DNA from: Macrostomum lignano
Lineage: Eukaryota
Assembly (NCBI GenBank): GCA_002269645.1
Contig: NIVC01001176.1
Span: 124,001 to 188,000, forward strand
Direction of reading: 5' to 3'
Length of the DNA: 64,000 nucleotides
Made by a program: the position numbers and the translations under genes. Shown here one piece after another: positions 1 through 13,900 of the stretch. Within the stretch, counting starts at the first letter, position 1. Every line of letters starts with the position of its first letter. A model generated the notes under the pieces. It was not told the DNA's origin. It ran no database searches and saw only the letters and a list, made by a program, of their open reading frames with translations.

Positions 1-29
1 GTCAATTGGCTTCTTTTCCGACCCTCATA

Positions 30-700
30 CACTTGCTGGGCCGGCCTCTTAGGTCCTCAGTTGCTGGGCCAGCCTCCCAGATGCTCAGTTGCTGGGCCAG
101 CCTCTTAGATGCTCAGTTGCTGGGCCAGCCTTCCAGATGCTCAGTTGCTGGGCCAGCCTCCCAGATGCTCAGTTGCTGGGCCAGCCTCCCAGATCCTCAG
201 TTGCTGGGCCAGCCTCCCAGATCCTCAGTTGCTGGGCCAGCCTCCCAGATCCTCAGTTGCTGGGCCAGCCTCCCAGATGCTCAGTTGCTGGGCCAGCCTC
301 TTAGATGCTCAGTTGCTGGGCCAGCCTCCCAGATCCTCAGTTGCTGGGCCAGCCTCTTAGATGCTCAGTTGCTGGGCCAGCCTCCCAGATCCTCAGTTGC
401 TGGGCCAGCCTCCCAGATGCTCAGTTGCCGGGCCAGCCTCCCAGATCCTCAGTTGCCGGGCCAGCCTCCCAGATCCTCAGTTGCTGGGCCAGCCTCCCAG
501 ATCCTCAGTTGCCGGGCCAGCCTCCCAGATCCTCAGTTGCCGGGCCAGCCTCCCAGATGCTCAGTTGCCGGGCCAGCCTCCCAGATCCTCAGTTGCTGGG
601 CCAGCCTCCCAGATGCTCAGTTGCCGGGCCAGCCTCCCAGATCCTCAGTTGCCGGGCCAGCCTCCAAGATGCTCAGTTGCCGGGCCAGCCTCCCAGATGC
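30..700. repeat. 28-bp minisatellite (CTCAGTTGCTGGGCCAGCCTCCCAGAT[G/C])
   Basis: About 24 near-identical tandem copies; explains the overlapping repetitive ORFs at 6-774. Confidence 0.95.
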
Positions 701-1502
701 AACCACACCTGAAAAGGAAACAAATAAATTACAAAGCTGTAAGAGTTCTGTTCGTTGCTTCCCGCCTTAAATAAATTTCGTATATAATCTTCAGTATAAT
801 GCTAATGAAATGCCTTGTTAATTGAATTGTTTGTTTTTGTCATCGCAACCTGTATGCTATATTGTAATACCATCGTTGGCCTGCCGGAGCTCGCTAAACA
901 GATATTTATCTCTAATATTTATCTGTTTCACACCTGCAGTTTTTATGATTCACATCGGTTTCTATAAAGTTGAGCACTATAATTTGAGTCCGGTAGGGTT
1001 GGAAAAATTATATAATATATAAACAATAATAGATTGATTGCTTATTTTTATTGTATCTAATCAGTATATATTGCGATTATTACTGTCATTGCTTACCAGT
1101 TTATCTGGATTTTTAGCTTTTTAAATAACCGACTGCAGTGGGGGGAGTGAGGTCATGCTCTGCTTGATTCAATATTCAAATTGCAGATGCTGACTAACTG
1201 TGTATTTTTGTGCCTGCTTTAAATACACTGCCATTAAAATATTTGTTTGCTTTCTGTTATCGCTGTTTTCAATTAATTGTTTTGTAGTCTTTACTGGCCT
1301 CAACTAGTTTCGGCCTGTTTATTACCATATCTTTAACCAGTTTTATAACTTATATTGTCAGTGACTTTTAACAGTTTTACAAATATCTGTGTAGAGTCTT
1401 TATTTTAAATTCGCGCTTGTTTTTTATTTTGTTTTTATCTGTTTAGCATTCAGTTGCAAGCCAAATAAAGGATGATCGGTTAGCTGAAATATTAAGTGCC
1501 TG

Positions 1503-2160
1503 TGTCTACTGAAGGGTTGGGGTAGTAGGTAGTGGTGTCTACTGAAGTATTGGGGTAGTAGGTAGTGGTGTCTACTGAAGGATTGGGGTAGTAGGTAGCG
1601 GTGTCTACTGAAGGATTGGGGTAGTAGGTAGCGGTGTCTACTGAAGGATTGGGGGTAGTAGGTAGCGGTGTCTACTGAAGTATTGGGGTAGTAGGTAGCT
1701 GTGTCTACTGAAGTATTGGGGTAGTAGGTAGCTGTGTCTACTGAAGTATTGGGGTAGTAGGTAGTGGTGTCTACTGAAGTATTGGGGTAGTAGGTAGCGG
1801 TGTCTACTGAAGGATTGGGGGTAGTAGGTAGCGGTGTCTACTGAAGTATTGGGGTAGTAGGTAGCTGTGTCTACTGAAGTATTGGGGTAGTAGGTAGTGG
1901 TGTCTACTGAAGTATTGGGGTAGTAGGTAGTGGTGTCTACTGAAGGATTGGGGTAGTAGGTAGCGGTGTCTACTGAAGGATTGGGGTAGTAGGTAGCGGT
2001 GTCTACTGAAGGATTGGGGGTAGTAGGTAGCGGTGTCTACTGAAGGATTGGGGGTAGTAGGTAGTGGTGTCCACTGAAGGATTGAGGTAGTAGGTAGTGG
2101 TGTCCACTGAAGGATTGAGGTAGTAGGTAGCGGTGTCTACTGAAGTATTTAAGTAGTAGC
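1503..2160. repeat. 33-bp minisatellite (GTGTCTACTGAAGTATTGGGGTAGTAGGTAGCG)
   Basis: Unit recurs at 1503, 1536 and onward, about 20 copies. Confidence 0.95.
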
Positions 2161-2984
2161 AGCTGGTATTATTAACACAATCAAAGCTATATTCGAGTAT
2201 CATTAGAAAGCGTTTCCCAGTGATCATGAGCCATGCACCATTTTGATTCTTTTGCTTTATTTTTTTACTTGTAAAAAGCACTAATCTGCAGGTAAGAACA
2301 TAATCGGTTAGAATTATTGAAAAATAAACTTTTATGCATACCATCGCTCTCTGGCAAGAGTGTGCTAGTTTAGTTACTAAATCAAAGCCTTTTATATCAC
2401 AGTTAATAAGAACCCTGCTATTCGGCATCCATGCTTATTGACAGAAACGAGAGTTGTTGAAATAAATGCCAAGTTTATCTCTGTGTTATTCTATGAAATG
2501 TTCATTACTCATTTATTGAAGTTTTATAACTTCGGCTCCAGTTGTGCTACGGTAGCGAAATATTCTTTGGTATGGCCATCTGCCGCCCCCTCCTCTTCAA
2601 TAAATTTCGTTGTGGCTTTTGCATGCGATTTTAAAACGATTTTTTCTAATTGGTCTTTTTTTGCTTGTCTCTGGCCGTATTCTGTTATAACTACTGCCTG
2701 TTATATACAGTAAGTGACTCACTGAATTTTTAGTGTCGCTTTAATCTGCCTGGTATGCCACAATGGCAAGCCCCGATAATGGTTAGCTATATATAATTAT
2801 TAATAACAATGCGCTTATATACTACTACTTACTCTGCTATTGTTTCTTTTCTACTTCGTATTGTTTTGTAATAATTGTTAAAGCCAGATTTCAATATGAG
2901 AAAATATGTGTTACAATCTTTTCAATTGGGCTACTTTTCTGCTTTCATCTTATTCAATTGAGCTTAGGGTAGAACTTTGAGAAT

Positions 2985-3772
2985 CCAAAAGACCGCATAT
3001 AGAATCCAATGGGCCACAAAAAGACTCCAAAAGGACCACACAAAGACTTCAAAAGGACCACAAAAAGACTCCAAAAGGACCCCATAAAGACTCCAAACGG
3101 ACCACATTAATACTCTAAAAGGACCACATAAAGACTCTAATAGGACCCCATAAAGACTCCAAAAGGACCACATAAATACTCTAAAAGGACCACATAAATA
3201 CTCTAAAAGGACCACATAAATACTCTAAAAGGACCACATAAAGACTCTAAAAGGACCCCATAAATACTCCAAAAGGGCTGCATAAAAATTCCAAAAAAAG
3301 GCTACTTAAAGACCCCAAAAGGACCACACAAAGGCTTCAAAAGTACTACATAAACACTCCAAAAGGACCACACAAAGACTTCAAAAAGAGACCACAAAAA
3401 GACTCCAAATAAACCACATAAAGACTACAAAAGGACCATATAAAGACTCGAAAAGGACCCCATAAAGACTCAAAAAGGTCTACATAAAGACTCCAAAAGG
3501 ACCACATAAAGACTCGAAAAGGACCGCATAAAGACTCGAAAAGGACCACATAAAGACTTCAAAAAGAGACCACAAAAAGACTCCAAAAGAACCACATAAA
3601 GACTACAAAAGGACCGCATAAATACTCTAAAAGAACCACATAAATACTCCAAAAGGACTACATAAAGACTCCAAAAGGACCACATAAAGACTCAAAAAGG
3701 ACTACATAAAGACTCCAAAAGGACCACATAAAGACTCAAAAAGGACCCCATAAAGACTCCAAAAGGACCACA
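2985..3772. repeat. Degenerate 22-bp minisatellite (AAAAGGACCACATAAAGACTCC)
   Basis: Tandem copies directly upstream of the oxidase ATG. Confidence 0.9.
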
Positions 3773-3811
3773 TATTGTGTAATCAAGAATCCATCATTCC
3801 TGCGAACTTTC

Positions 3812-5632
3812 ATGAGCGCCAGAGAGCAGCAGCGATGGGGGCGGCCGGCTCGCGTAGCCGTTGTCGGCGCCGGCCTGGTTGGCGCCTCGGTCGCCCTACA
3901 GGCTCAGTCGGCGCTTCCGCCAGGCTCCTCCGTGACGATAATAGCCGATGCCTTCAACGCCGGCACCACATCCTGGGTGGCGGCTGGCGCATTTCGAGTT
4001 GAAAGCGTCGAAGAGCTGTCGCCGGACAGTCCGGACAGAGCAGAGCGCTGGTGCCGCGACTCGTTGCGTCATTTAAGCCGATTGGCCTTTGGCCCGGCCG
4101 GTCCGCGCGCCGGCGTGGCGCCACTGCCGATAGTTCAGGTGGCGCGGGAGCCGCCGCCGCGCCGACGCTACGCCTATTCTGATATGGCGCCCGGCGGTTG
4201 CCGCGAATTGACTCCGGAGGAATTGTTGACGCAGTTCCCCGACTGGCCAGGCGGGCTGGGCTTCGGCATAGAGAGCCTCAGCGTGCTGGCTGATCCCAGG
4301 CTCTACCTGCCCTGGCTGCTGGATCAGTTCTTGGCCGCTGGTGAGTCTTTGTTCTTGGTGTTTGAGCCCTGCAATCTGCAGTCAAGGATTGGCAGATCTG
4401 AGGGATTAGGCTACTGATCCCTAATCTCCATTTCCAGTTGCTAATCCTCAGTTCAGGAGATTAGGCTACTGATCCCTAATCTCCATTACAGTTGCTAATC
4501 CTCAGTTCAGGAGATTAGGCTACTGATCCCTAATCTTCATTTACAGTTGCTAATCCTCAGTTCAGGGGATTAGGCTACTGATCCCTAATCTCCATTACAG
4601 TTGCTAATCCTCAGTTCAGGAGATTAGGCTACTGATCCCTAATCTTCATTTACAGTTGCTAATCCTCAGTTCAGGGGATTAGGCTACTGATCCCTAATCT
4701 CCATTTCAGTTGCTAATCCTCAGTTCAGGAGATTAGGCTACTGATCCCTAATCTTCATTTCCAGTTGCTAATCCTCAGTTCAGGAGATTAGGCTACTGAT
4801 CCCTAATCTTCATTTCCAGTTGCTAATCCTCAGTTCAGGAGATTAGGCTACTGATCCCTAATCTCCATTTACAGTTGCTAATCCTCAGTTCAGGAGATTA
4901 GGCCACTGATCCCTAATCTCCATTTACAGTTGCTAATCCTCAGTTCAGGAGATTAGCCTACTTATCTTTAATCCAAAGTCAAAACCGCAGTTGTTAATCT
5001 CAAGCTAGCCAGTAATTCAGTTTGGGAGACTAAGCTGATTGGGGACCTGATCCCATTGTGCAGGCGGCCGCATCGAGCGCCGCCGAGTCGCCAGTCTCGA
5101 AGAGGCGGGCGCCGGCGCCGACCTGGTGTTCAACTGCGCCGGTTTAGAGGCCGGCCGACTAGCCGGAGGCGACCCGGCCGTACATCCGGTCCGCGGCCAG
5201 GTGGCCCGGGTTCGAGCCCCCTGGCTAAAGCGGGGCTTCTACGGGCCGGACTCGACCTACGCCTATCCCAGCGCTGCCCCGGGTGACCTGGCCACGGTTG
5301 GCGGCGTCCGTCAGGCTGGCGATTATTGCCTGACGGCCAGGGAGTCTGATGCTGCTGACATTCGAACCCGGGCCGTCCGCCTGCTGCCCGGCTTGGCCGC
5401 CGCGTTTGCCGACTCCGACGGGCGGCCTGGCGCGACTGGCGCAACGTCGACGTCGCAGCCGGATTTTGTTGGCCTCCGGCCGGCCCGACACGGCGGCATT
5501 CGGGTGGCCGCCGAGGGCTACGCCGTCCACTGCTACGGGCACGGCGGGCACGGCGTGGCGCTCAGCTGGGGCACCGCCGCGGAGGCAGTAGAGCTCGGCC
5601 TGGCCCGGCTAGACGGCGGCGCCAAGCTATAG
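3812..5632 (+). CDS. DDO: D-amino-acid / D-aspartate oxidase (FAD-dependent, DAO family); exons 3812-4340 and 5064-5632
   Basis: N-terminal FAD motif VAVVGAGLVG, TTSWVAAG, DLVFNCAGL, PVRGQV, VGLRPAR, HCYGHGGHGVALSWGTA, and C-terminal peroxisomal PTS1-like AKL*. Phase-1 intron GTGAGT(4341)...CAG(5063) joins the frames. DAO versus DDO cannot be resolved from sequence alone. Confidence 0.9.
4404..4990. repeat. 54-55-bp intronic minisatellite with internal inverted repeat (GATTAGG...CCTAATC)
   Basis: About 10 tandem copies filling the oxidase intron. Confidence 0.9.
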
Positions 5633-5762
5633 ATGACGTCGAGATGAATTTAAAATTACACACTGTTAGAGTTCGTATCGGGTGTGGCGCGAAAAGCTTG
5701 CAAGAGCGCAGAGTATAATGATAATAATAATAATTAATAATCATAATAATTGATTACAACTG

Positions 5763-6035
5763 CCCTATTGGGGAGATTGCAACCGACAGCTCAGCCGCAG
5801 CTATTGCGCGGCGCATCTGAAGGCTGCGTACGGCTGCTCAGACCAAGGACTGGAGGGTCGCCACACACACATTCAATTACCCCAGCTAATGCTGGCTCCC
5901 ATTTTACAGCTGGGTGAACTGGAGCAATGCAGAGTTAAGTGTCTTGCTCAAGGACACAAATTGTTCCAGTGGGATCGGGAATCGAACCCCCGACCTTCAA
6001 GTCGTGAGTCCGACTCTCTAACCACTAGGCTACAA
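5763..6035 (-). mobile_element. tRNA-derived SINE with CORE-like central domain
   Basis: Minus strand reads GTAGCCTAGTGGTTAG (A box)...GGTTCGATTCC (B box), then GTGTCCTTGAGCAAGACACTTAAC...CTGTAAAATGGG, resembling MIR/CORE-type SINE bodies. Confidence 0.7.
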
Positions 6036-6079
6036 CCCCTCTATAATATAAGTACGAGTAGAAGTTTTGATGCTAAAAC

Positions 6080-6519
6080 AACTATATGAGCCACCTAGGC
6101 ATATAAAGCGTAGTAAAACAGCCTTATTTCTACTTCCAGTTCAGTAGCAAGGAAGAATACATAAGCTATTTTTAAAAGGAAACTTTGATAAGTTTATTAT
6201 TTAGAAGCCAAGCTCGTAGACGTAAACAACTTGCTAATTGGTAAGCCATAATGTACATTGGCCAGCGCCACTGAAATGTACATGGCAGCTTTATTTAGGC
6301 TGGAACACTGGAAGAAGGCAATAAAATTTTGGGGCAGCGGGGGGCGGGGGTAGAGATTTTGTGTGGCTGGAGGGTTTTTAGCTAGGGGGGAGGGGGTAAA
6401 GAGCCAATAAATAAGCCTTGACTAATTGACTTTAAAAATACATTAAAATGCTTCTGTTTAACTTACTACTGAACTGAAAGTAGCTTACACGCAAATTTGC
6501 TGAGTGGCGCATCTAGTTA
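6080..6519. mobile_element. Short dispersed non-autonomous element (copy 1) with subterminal inverted repeat
   Basis: Shares TTTAAAAATACATTAAAATGCTTCTGTTTAACTTACTACTGAACTGAAAGTAGCTT...TTTGCTGAGTGG with 16462-16690. Its right end CTGAGTGGCGCATCTAGTTA is the reverse complement of the left end of copy 2. Confidence 0.5.
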
Positions 6520-7229
6520 TTCTAGAATTTGTGGTTCTAACGGCATTCGATTCCCAAATTTAGCTGAAAGAGTACGCATACCGGAAGCGTGCACAATCTG
6601 GCATTAACATGTGACCTAGTACCAGGGCCTAGCCTAAATGCAGTCTGGGGTCCAGTGTGGAAATCTATTTGAAAAAGATTATTAGTAACTAACGTAGTTT
6701 TCTCTCCAGATTTTTTAACATCTTTTTTCTTCAATATTTTATTATTCATCTTTGAGATATTATTGAGCAAAGTGCCAATTGGATTATGATTTTTATTGAT
6801 TTATTACGCCGCTAAAAACTGTGAAATGTGATTTTTAAACAGTCGAATAAACTTAATATTTTATACTTATGCGCGTTGGCTGGTATTTTACGTAAAGTTC
6901 ATATTCGACCTTGATTGTCAAAAGTTCCCCTAGTCTTTTAATCGCTTCTTCTTAGGTACGTTCGCACTTTAGTTCTGGCATACTTGAAAACGTTGCTATG
7001 CCATTGTGAGCAATGATCAGATGTTTATAAATTCTTTCTCCCATCTTAGCAATAATATTGTGCCGTAGATACTGTATCATGTCCCAGTGTGATTGCGATT
7101 CTGTCATGTCTTTTTTGTTAGTAGTTTTTTGTGAACTATTTTTCATTTATAAAATTATATTTTGAACTTGAATTCTTCATGATTTAAGATTGGTTTTCAT
7201 TTTTTTATGCAAATGACTAACTGAAATAG

Positions 7230-7740
7230 ATAAACTTCGATAAACACACTCAAGGGGTATAGATCAAATTAGATAAACACATTTAAGGGAATAGATAAAC
7301 TTAAATAAACACATTCAAGAGGAATAAATCAAATTAGATAAACACATTTAAGGGAATAGATAAACTTAAATAAACACATTCAAGAGGAATAAATCAAATT
7401 AGATAAACACATCCAGGAGAGTAAAGAGAAACACATTCAAATGGATATAGGTTAACTCGGATAAACATATCTAAAGGGGTTTAGATCAACTGGATAAACA
7501 GATCCATAGGGTTATAAGTAAACTCGGATAAACACATTCGAAGAGAATAGGATAAACATTCGAAGAGGCTAGGTAAACTCGGATAAACAAATTCAAAGAG
7601 GATAGGTCAACTCCTATAAACACATTCGAAGAGGATAGGTAAACTCCTATAAACACATTCGAAGAGGATAGGTACACTCGGATAAACACATCAAAGGGGA
7701 TAGGTAAACTTAGATAAACACATTCAGGGAGGAATTGCTT
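7230..7740. repeat. Degenerate ~30-bp AT-rich tandem repeat (ATAAACACATTC...)
   Basis: Recurring ATAAACACATT motif at roughly regular spacing. Confidence 0.7.
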
Positions 7741-7920
7741 ATACAAACTTATAAGTCTCTTGCATAATAATCATCTATTAACTAGCGGCTATTTGCACTC
7801 TATAATGCATGCAGTTTGTCATGGACTGACCAAGCGAGTCGCGGCTGCATGATAGAATTAGCTCAGATTTTGTAAGTATTATTCATTATTACAGAAATAT
7901 CAACAGCGCCAGCAACCGGC

Positions 7921-10900
7921 ATGGACAGCAGCCTACGCGGCAGAGAATTCCACTGTAGAGAGTGGGTATTCGACAAGCTCTTAGGCTACGTGAACGCCGG
8001 CCAGACTCCAGCACATCCTGGCGTCGTGTTGCTAGGCGAGAGCGGCTGCGGCAAAACCGCTTTGATGACTGAACTAATCTGGCCTACAGCTAGCCAAGCC
8101 AGCCCGGACGCCCGGCATCGGCTTCGCTCTCACGTGCTGGCTTATTATTTCTGCTCGCAGTTGTACAGCCACAGCCTGCGGCTCAGCCACTTCCTGTTCT
8201 CGCTGCGCCAGCAGATCGTCAAGCACCCGGAGGTCGGGCCGGCCTATGAGCAGCTGCTCCGGCGAACTGGCGGCGTTGAATTGTTCACCTATCGCTGTAT
8301 GAACGACTCGCCAGACAGGGTGTTCGCTGAAGGCTTGCTGAAGCCTCTGCTGGCTTTGCAGCCGCCAGCCAGGCACTATCTGCTGCTGGTTGACGGTCTG
8401 GACGAGACTCGAACTCCGGACGAAGCGGCCGCGGCGGCTGCTGCCGCCGCTTCGGCGCCGTCGCGTAAGCAGCTGCAGCGAAGCGGCGGATCCACGGCGG
8501 CGGCCGCAGCACCGGCTGGGCCAAGCGGCTGCGTGTTCGACCTGCTGGCTCGGCATCAGCGCAGCCTGCCAGCCTGGCTGGTGCTCGTGTGCTCCTCCCG
8601 GCGCGATGACCGCCGGCTTAGCCGGGCCTTTGCCGGCTTCTCCAAGCTCCAGCTCACCGATGCCAGGAAGCCGCAGGTAGGGATTGGCTGTTGGGCTGGG
8701 TTGATTGGCATTCTGGCTGTCCGCTTCTGCATAGGATTACTGTCCGATTCTATTTAGGATTCATGTCTGGTCCTAAGTGGGAGATTTATGTCTGGTCCTA
8801 ATTGGGAGATTCATGTCCGGTCCTAGTTGAGAGATTTATGTCCGGTCCTAGTTGAGAGATTTATGTCCGATCCTAGTTGAGAGATTCATGTCCGGTCCTA
8901 GTTGAGAGATTTATGTCCGGTCCTAGTTGGGAGATTCATGTCCGGTCCTAGTTGAGAGATTTATGTCCGGTCCTAGTTGAGAGATTCATGTCCGGTCCTA
9001 GTTGAGAGATTTATGTCCGGTCCTAGTTGAGAGATTTATGTCCGGTCCTAGTTGGGAGATTCATGTCCGGTCCTAGTTGAGAGATTTATGTCCGGTCCTA
9101 GTTGAGAGATTTATGTCCGGTCCTAGTTGGGAGATTCATGTCCGGTCCTAGTTGAGAGATTCATGTCCGGTCCTAGTTGAGAGATTTATGTCCGGTCCTA
9201 GTTGAGAGATTTATGTCCGGTCCTAGTTGAGAGATTCATGTCCGGTCCTAGTTGAGAGATTTATGTCCGGTCCTAGTTGAGAGATTTATGTCCGGTCCTA
9301 GTTGGGAGATGTATGTCTGGTCCTAGTTGGGAGATGTATGTCCGGTCCTAGTTGGGAGATTTATGTCCGGTCCTAGGTGGAGGATTTATGTCCGGTCCTA
9401 GTTGGGAGGTTTATGTCCGGTCCTAGTTGGGAGGTTTATGTCCGGTTCTATAGTTAGAATTACTGTCCGGTTCTATAGTTAGAATTACTGTCTGGTTCTA
9501 AAGTTACGATCACAGTCCAGTTTTATAGTTGTCATTCGGGATGTTAAGTTAGGATTTCTAAGTTTTCCAGGTTTTCACGCTAAAAAACTCTGATTTTATT
9601 GCTGTCATCAATAAATCGAAGGTCCTCCGAGATGTTCAGCAGTTCATCCTGTGGCGCCTGGATTCCAATGAGCAACTGCGCCAGCACCTCAACAGAGAGA
9701 CCGCCTGCCTGCTTAACCAGCTGCACATCAAAGGCAACGCCTGCTTTGCCTATCTAGAGCTAGTGCTAGACGCCGTAGCTCAGGGTACCGTCCAGCTGTC
9801 CGAGGTTGCCCAGATGCCCGGCACCTTAGCCGGCGTGTTCCTCTATTTATTCCAGCGATTGTTCTCAACCGATCCGGAGCTGTGGCAGCTGGCCAGGTGC
9901 CTGCTGGCGCTGCTGCTGGCGCTGGGCGAGCCGGCGCCAGTTCGGCTGGCCTATCAGGCTGTCAGCGTGCAGAATCCCGGCCTCAGCTTTGCCCGATTCG
10001 CTGCCCAGGTTGCCCGGCTCAGGCTGCTGCTCAGGGCTACGCCGGACAGGTGAGTATAGTAGAGTTGGCATTATCCTGCAACCAGCGCTGAGGCAGTTCT
10101 GCCCATTCCACTGTACGCATTCACGCACTCACAGACACGCTCACACAGGGTGTACAGTGGCCCTTTGACTTTCTAATCGTCAGGCATGTACACTCTCTGT
10201 GCCTTGGTGGTTGGCCCTCATAGGTGTTGCATCGCACAAAATTTACCTGGGGTCTTGGCGCGATAGTCAGATGTGATTATCGCTGAGGGCTCTGCCCTAA
10301 GACAAGGGGGAGAGCTGAAGGACAGGGAAAGATCTGAAGGACACGGGGAAAAGCTAAGGACAGGGAGAGAGCTGAAGGACAAGAGAGAGAGCTGAAGGAC
10401 AGGGAGAGAGCTGAAGGACAGGGAGAGAGCTGAAAGACAGGGGGAAGAGCTGAAGGACAGGGGGAGAGCTGAAGGACAGGGGGAGAGCTGAAGGACAGGG
10501 AGAGAGCTGAAGGACAGGGGGGAGCTGAAGGACAGGGGGAGAGCTGAAGGACAGGGAGAGAGCTGAAGGACAGGGGGGAGAGCTGAAGGACAGGGGGAAG
10601 AGCTGAAGGACAGGGGGGAGAGCTGAAGGACAGGGAGAGAGCTGAAGGACAGGGAGAGAGCTGAAAGACAAGGGGAAGAGCTGAAGGACAGGGGGGAGAG
10701 CTGAAGGACAGGGAGAGAGCTGAAGGACAGGGAGAGAGCTGAAGGACAGGGGGAGAGCTGAAGGACAGGGGGAGAGCTGAAGGACAGGGGGGAGCTGAAG
10801 GACAGGGGGAGAGCTGAAGGACAGGGGGGAGAGCTGAAGGACAAGGGGGGGAGCTGAAGGACAGGGGGGAGCTGAAGGACAGAAGGAAGAGCTGAAGGAC

Positions 10901-13900
10901 AGGGGGAGAGCTGAAGGACAGGGGGGAGCTGAAGGACAGAAGGAAGAGCTGAAGGACAGGGGGAGAGCTGAAGGACAGGGGGAGAGCTGAAGGACAGGGA
11001 GAGAGCTGAAGGACAGGGGGAGTGATGAAGAACTTGCGCTAATCGAGCTTAGCCGCTCGCGCCAATCCCATCAGGTGCCTGGTGCTGGCGCACAACGCCC
11101 TATCGGACTGGCTGCAGGATGCCAAGTACTGCACGCCAGCCTATCTGGTTAGCCAGCGGCTTGGCCACTGCTTGCTGGCCGCTCACTGCCTCTGCTACTG
11201 GCGCCAGCCTCCGTCCGCTCCGGCCGAGCGAGCCGCTATGCTGCGAGACTTCGCCCGCTCCCTTCTAGCCGCCGGTTGCGGTTTGCAGCCTGAGCATCTG
11301 TTGCTGCTCACCCTGCTGCTACTGCGCCGCTGGTCCTGCGGTCCCAGGCTATTATTGAGAATACGCGATCCGCCCGAGCTGCGCCTGATGGCCATTGCTC
11401 TGTTAAACTGGGACGAAGCTGTTGAACAGGAGGCCGCCTCTGTTGCCGCCTCGGCTAATCGGCCAATTGAACCGGCCGACACTCAGCTGTCCCTGGAGGA
11501 CGAGGCCGTCGATGGCGACGACGGAGGCGGCTGCTCCGGATCGACTACGCCGCTAATGCTGGCCGCCTATGCCGGAGATTTGGCTACTATTGACAGGCTG
11601 CTGGCCGGGCCCAATTCTCAGGTTTGAATTTGTTAATTTCAATCTACTGTTAGTACTGTAGCTGCTAATTAGATGACGAGGCATTTGCTTATGAATATAC
11701 AGTTAAAGTTACTACCGCTGTTTACCCGCCGTTCTTTAGTTGAACCGACGCGACTCCGGCGGCTACTCAGCCCTCGATTGGGCCCTGCTAGGCGGCCGGG
11801 CCGACGCCGTCACCCTGCTGTTGTCGCACGGCGCCAAGCCCGACGGTCCGCCTGGCTGCTGGGTGGCCCTGCCGCTGGCTTTGGCACTCGGCCGGCCGGA
11901 TTTAGTCACCCTGCTGTTGAGCGCCGGCGCCGATCTTGACCGGGTGGACTCGGACGGTCGGACAGCTTTGATGTTGGCCACGGCGCGCGGCCAATCGGAG
12001 CTGATCGGCCTGCTGCTGGACACCGGAGCTCGGGTTGATGCCCGAGACAATGGCGGCCGATCGGCCCTGCTGTTGGCTGCCCTGTGCCTGCACGAGCCAA
12101 TCAGCGTCGCCGCTATACAGCGACTGCTCGATGCGGGCGCCGATATTAACTTGGCCGACGCCGACGGCCGGACAGCCCTCATACACGCTTGCCTGGCTAA
12201 ACGGCACGAGCTGATGGACTTCCTGCTGGATTCCGATGCGGATGTTGACAGGTGTGTGGATCTGGGGGACTCTAGTTCTCTGTGTACTTTTGGTCATCGG
12301 GCTTACCCTCTTTATCGTATAGCTAATGTAGATTAGGCTCCTTACCGATCATCCTAACAGTAGCTTATGTTCCTGTCTAACAGGTTATGTTCCTGTCTAA
12401 CAGGTTATGTTCCTGTCTAACAGGTTATGTTCCTGTCTAACAGGTTATGTTCCTGTCTAACAGGTTATGTTCCTGTCTAACAGGTTTATGTTCCTGTCTA
12501 ACAGGTTATGTTCCTGTCTAACAGGTTATGTTCCTGTCTAACAGGTTATGTTCCTGTCTAACAGGTTATGTTCCTGTCTAACAGGTTATGTTCCTGTCTA
12601 ACAGGTTATGGTCCTGTCTAACAGGTTATGGTCCTGTCTAACAGGTTATGGTCCTGTCTAACAGGTTATGTTCCTGTCTAACAGGTTATGTTCCTGTCTA
12701 ACAGGTTATGGTCCTGTCTAACAGGTTATGGTCCTGTCTAACAGGTTATGTTCCTGTCTAACAGGTTATGTTCCTGTCTAACAGGTTATGTTCCTGTCTA
12801 ACAGGTTATGTTCCTGTCTAACAGGTTATGTTCCTGTCTTCACTTTGCGATGCACATGTACACTTCTCATTCTCTCTGATTGGCGCCCATCCTCAGATGC
12901 GACCGCGACGGTATTAGCGCTCTGCTGGTGTCCTCCCGACTCGGCGACTTTCGCGCAGTTCAAGCCCTGCTCTTCTTTAACGCCAATCCGCACCAGCTGG
13001 ACAGGCACGGCCGCTCCGCCCTGTCTCTGGCCGCTGTCTCCGGCCAGTCAGCCGTGGTGGAAGCACTTCTGGCTCGCGGCCTCGACGAGGGCCACGCCGA
13101 CAATGCCGGCTTGACTGTGCTGCACCATGCCGCCGGAGCCGGACACGCCGACGTCTGCCAGCTGCTGTTGGGTAGGTTGCCGGATATATTGGGTAGGTTA
13201 CCGGCTGTATTGGGTAGGTTGCCGGCTGTATTGGGTAGGTTGCCGGCTGTATTGGGTAGGTTACCGGCTGTATTGGGTAGGTTACCGGCTGTATTGGGTA
13301 GGTTGCCGGCTGTATTGGGTAGGTTGCCGGCTGTATTGGGTAGGTTACCGGCTGTATTGGGTAGGTTACCGGCTGTATTGGGTAGGTTGCCGGCTGTATT
13401 GGGTAGGTTGCCGGCTGTATTGGGTAGGTTGCCGGCTGTATTGGGTAGGTTACCGGCTGTATTGGGTAGGTTACCGGCTGTATTGGGTAGGTTGCCGGCT
13501 GTATTGTGTAGGTTGCCAGTGGCAATGATTCGGTAGTTTCAAACCTGCTCTTTTCCTACCCTCTTTCACAGGCAACGGCGCGGCCACTCGCTCCCAGGAC
13601 TCGGCCGGCCGGACGCCCCTCCTGTTGGCCGTCCTGTCCGGCCAAGCCGAAGTGGCGGCCCTCCTGGCCGAGACCGACCGGTTGGCCGCCGGGATTCCCG
13701 GACACGACGAGGACGGCTTAACTCCGCTGCTGGCCGCCTTCCAGCTTGGCCGGCCGGACCTCCTCGAGCTGCTGCTGTCCCGCGGTGCCGATCCCAACAT
13801 GACCGACCGGGCCGGCCGATCCCTGCTGTACCTGGCCGCGGCCGCCTCGGAGGGTGGGTGCAGCTTAGCCAGCCTGCTGCTGGATTGCGGCGCCTCGTCA

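Noticed and set aside
6-774. Several long overlapping ORFs (up to 254 aa)
   Set aside because: They are translations of the stop-free 28-bp minisatellite in all three frames.
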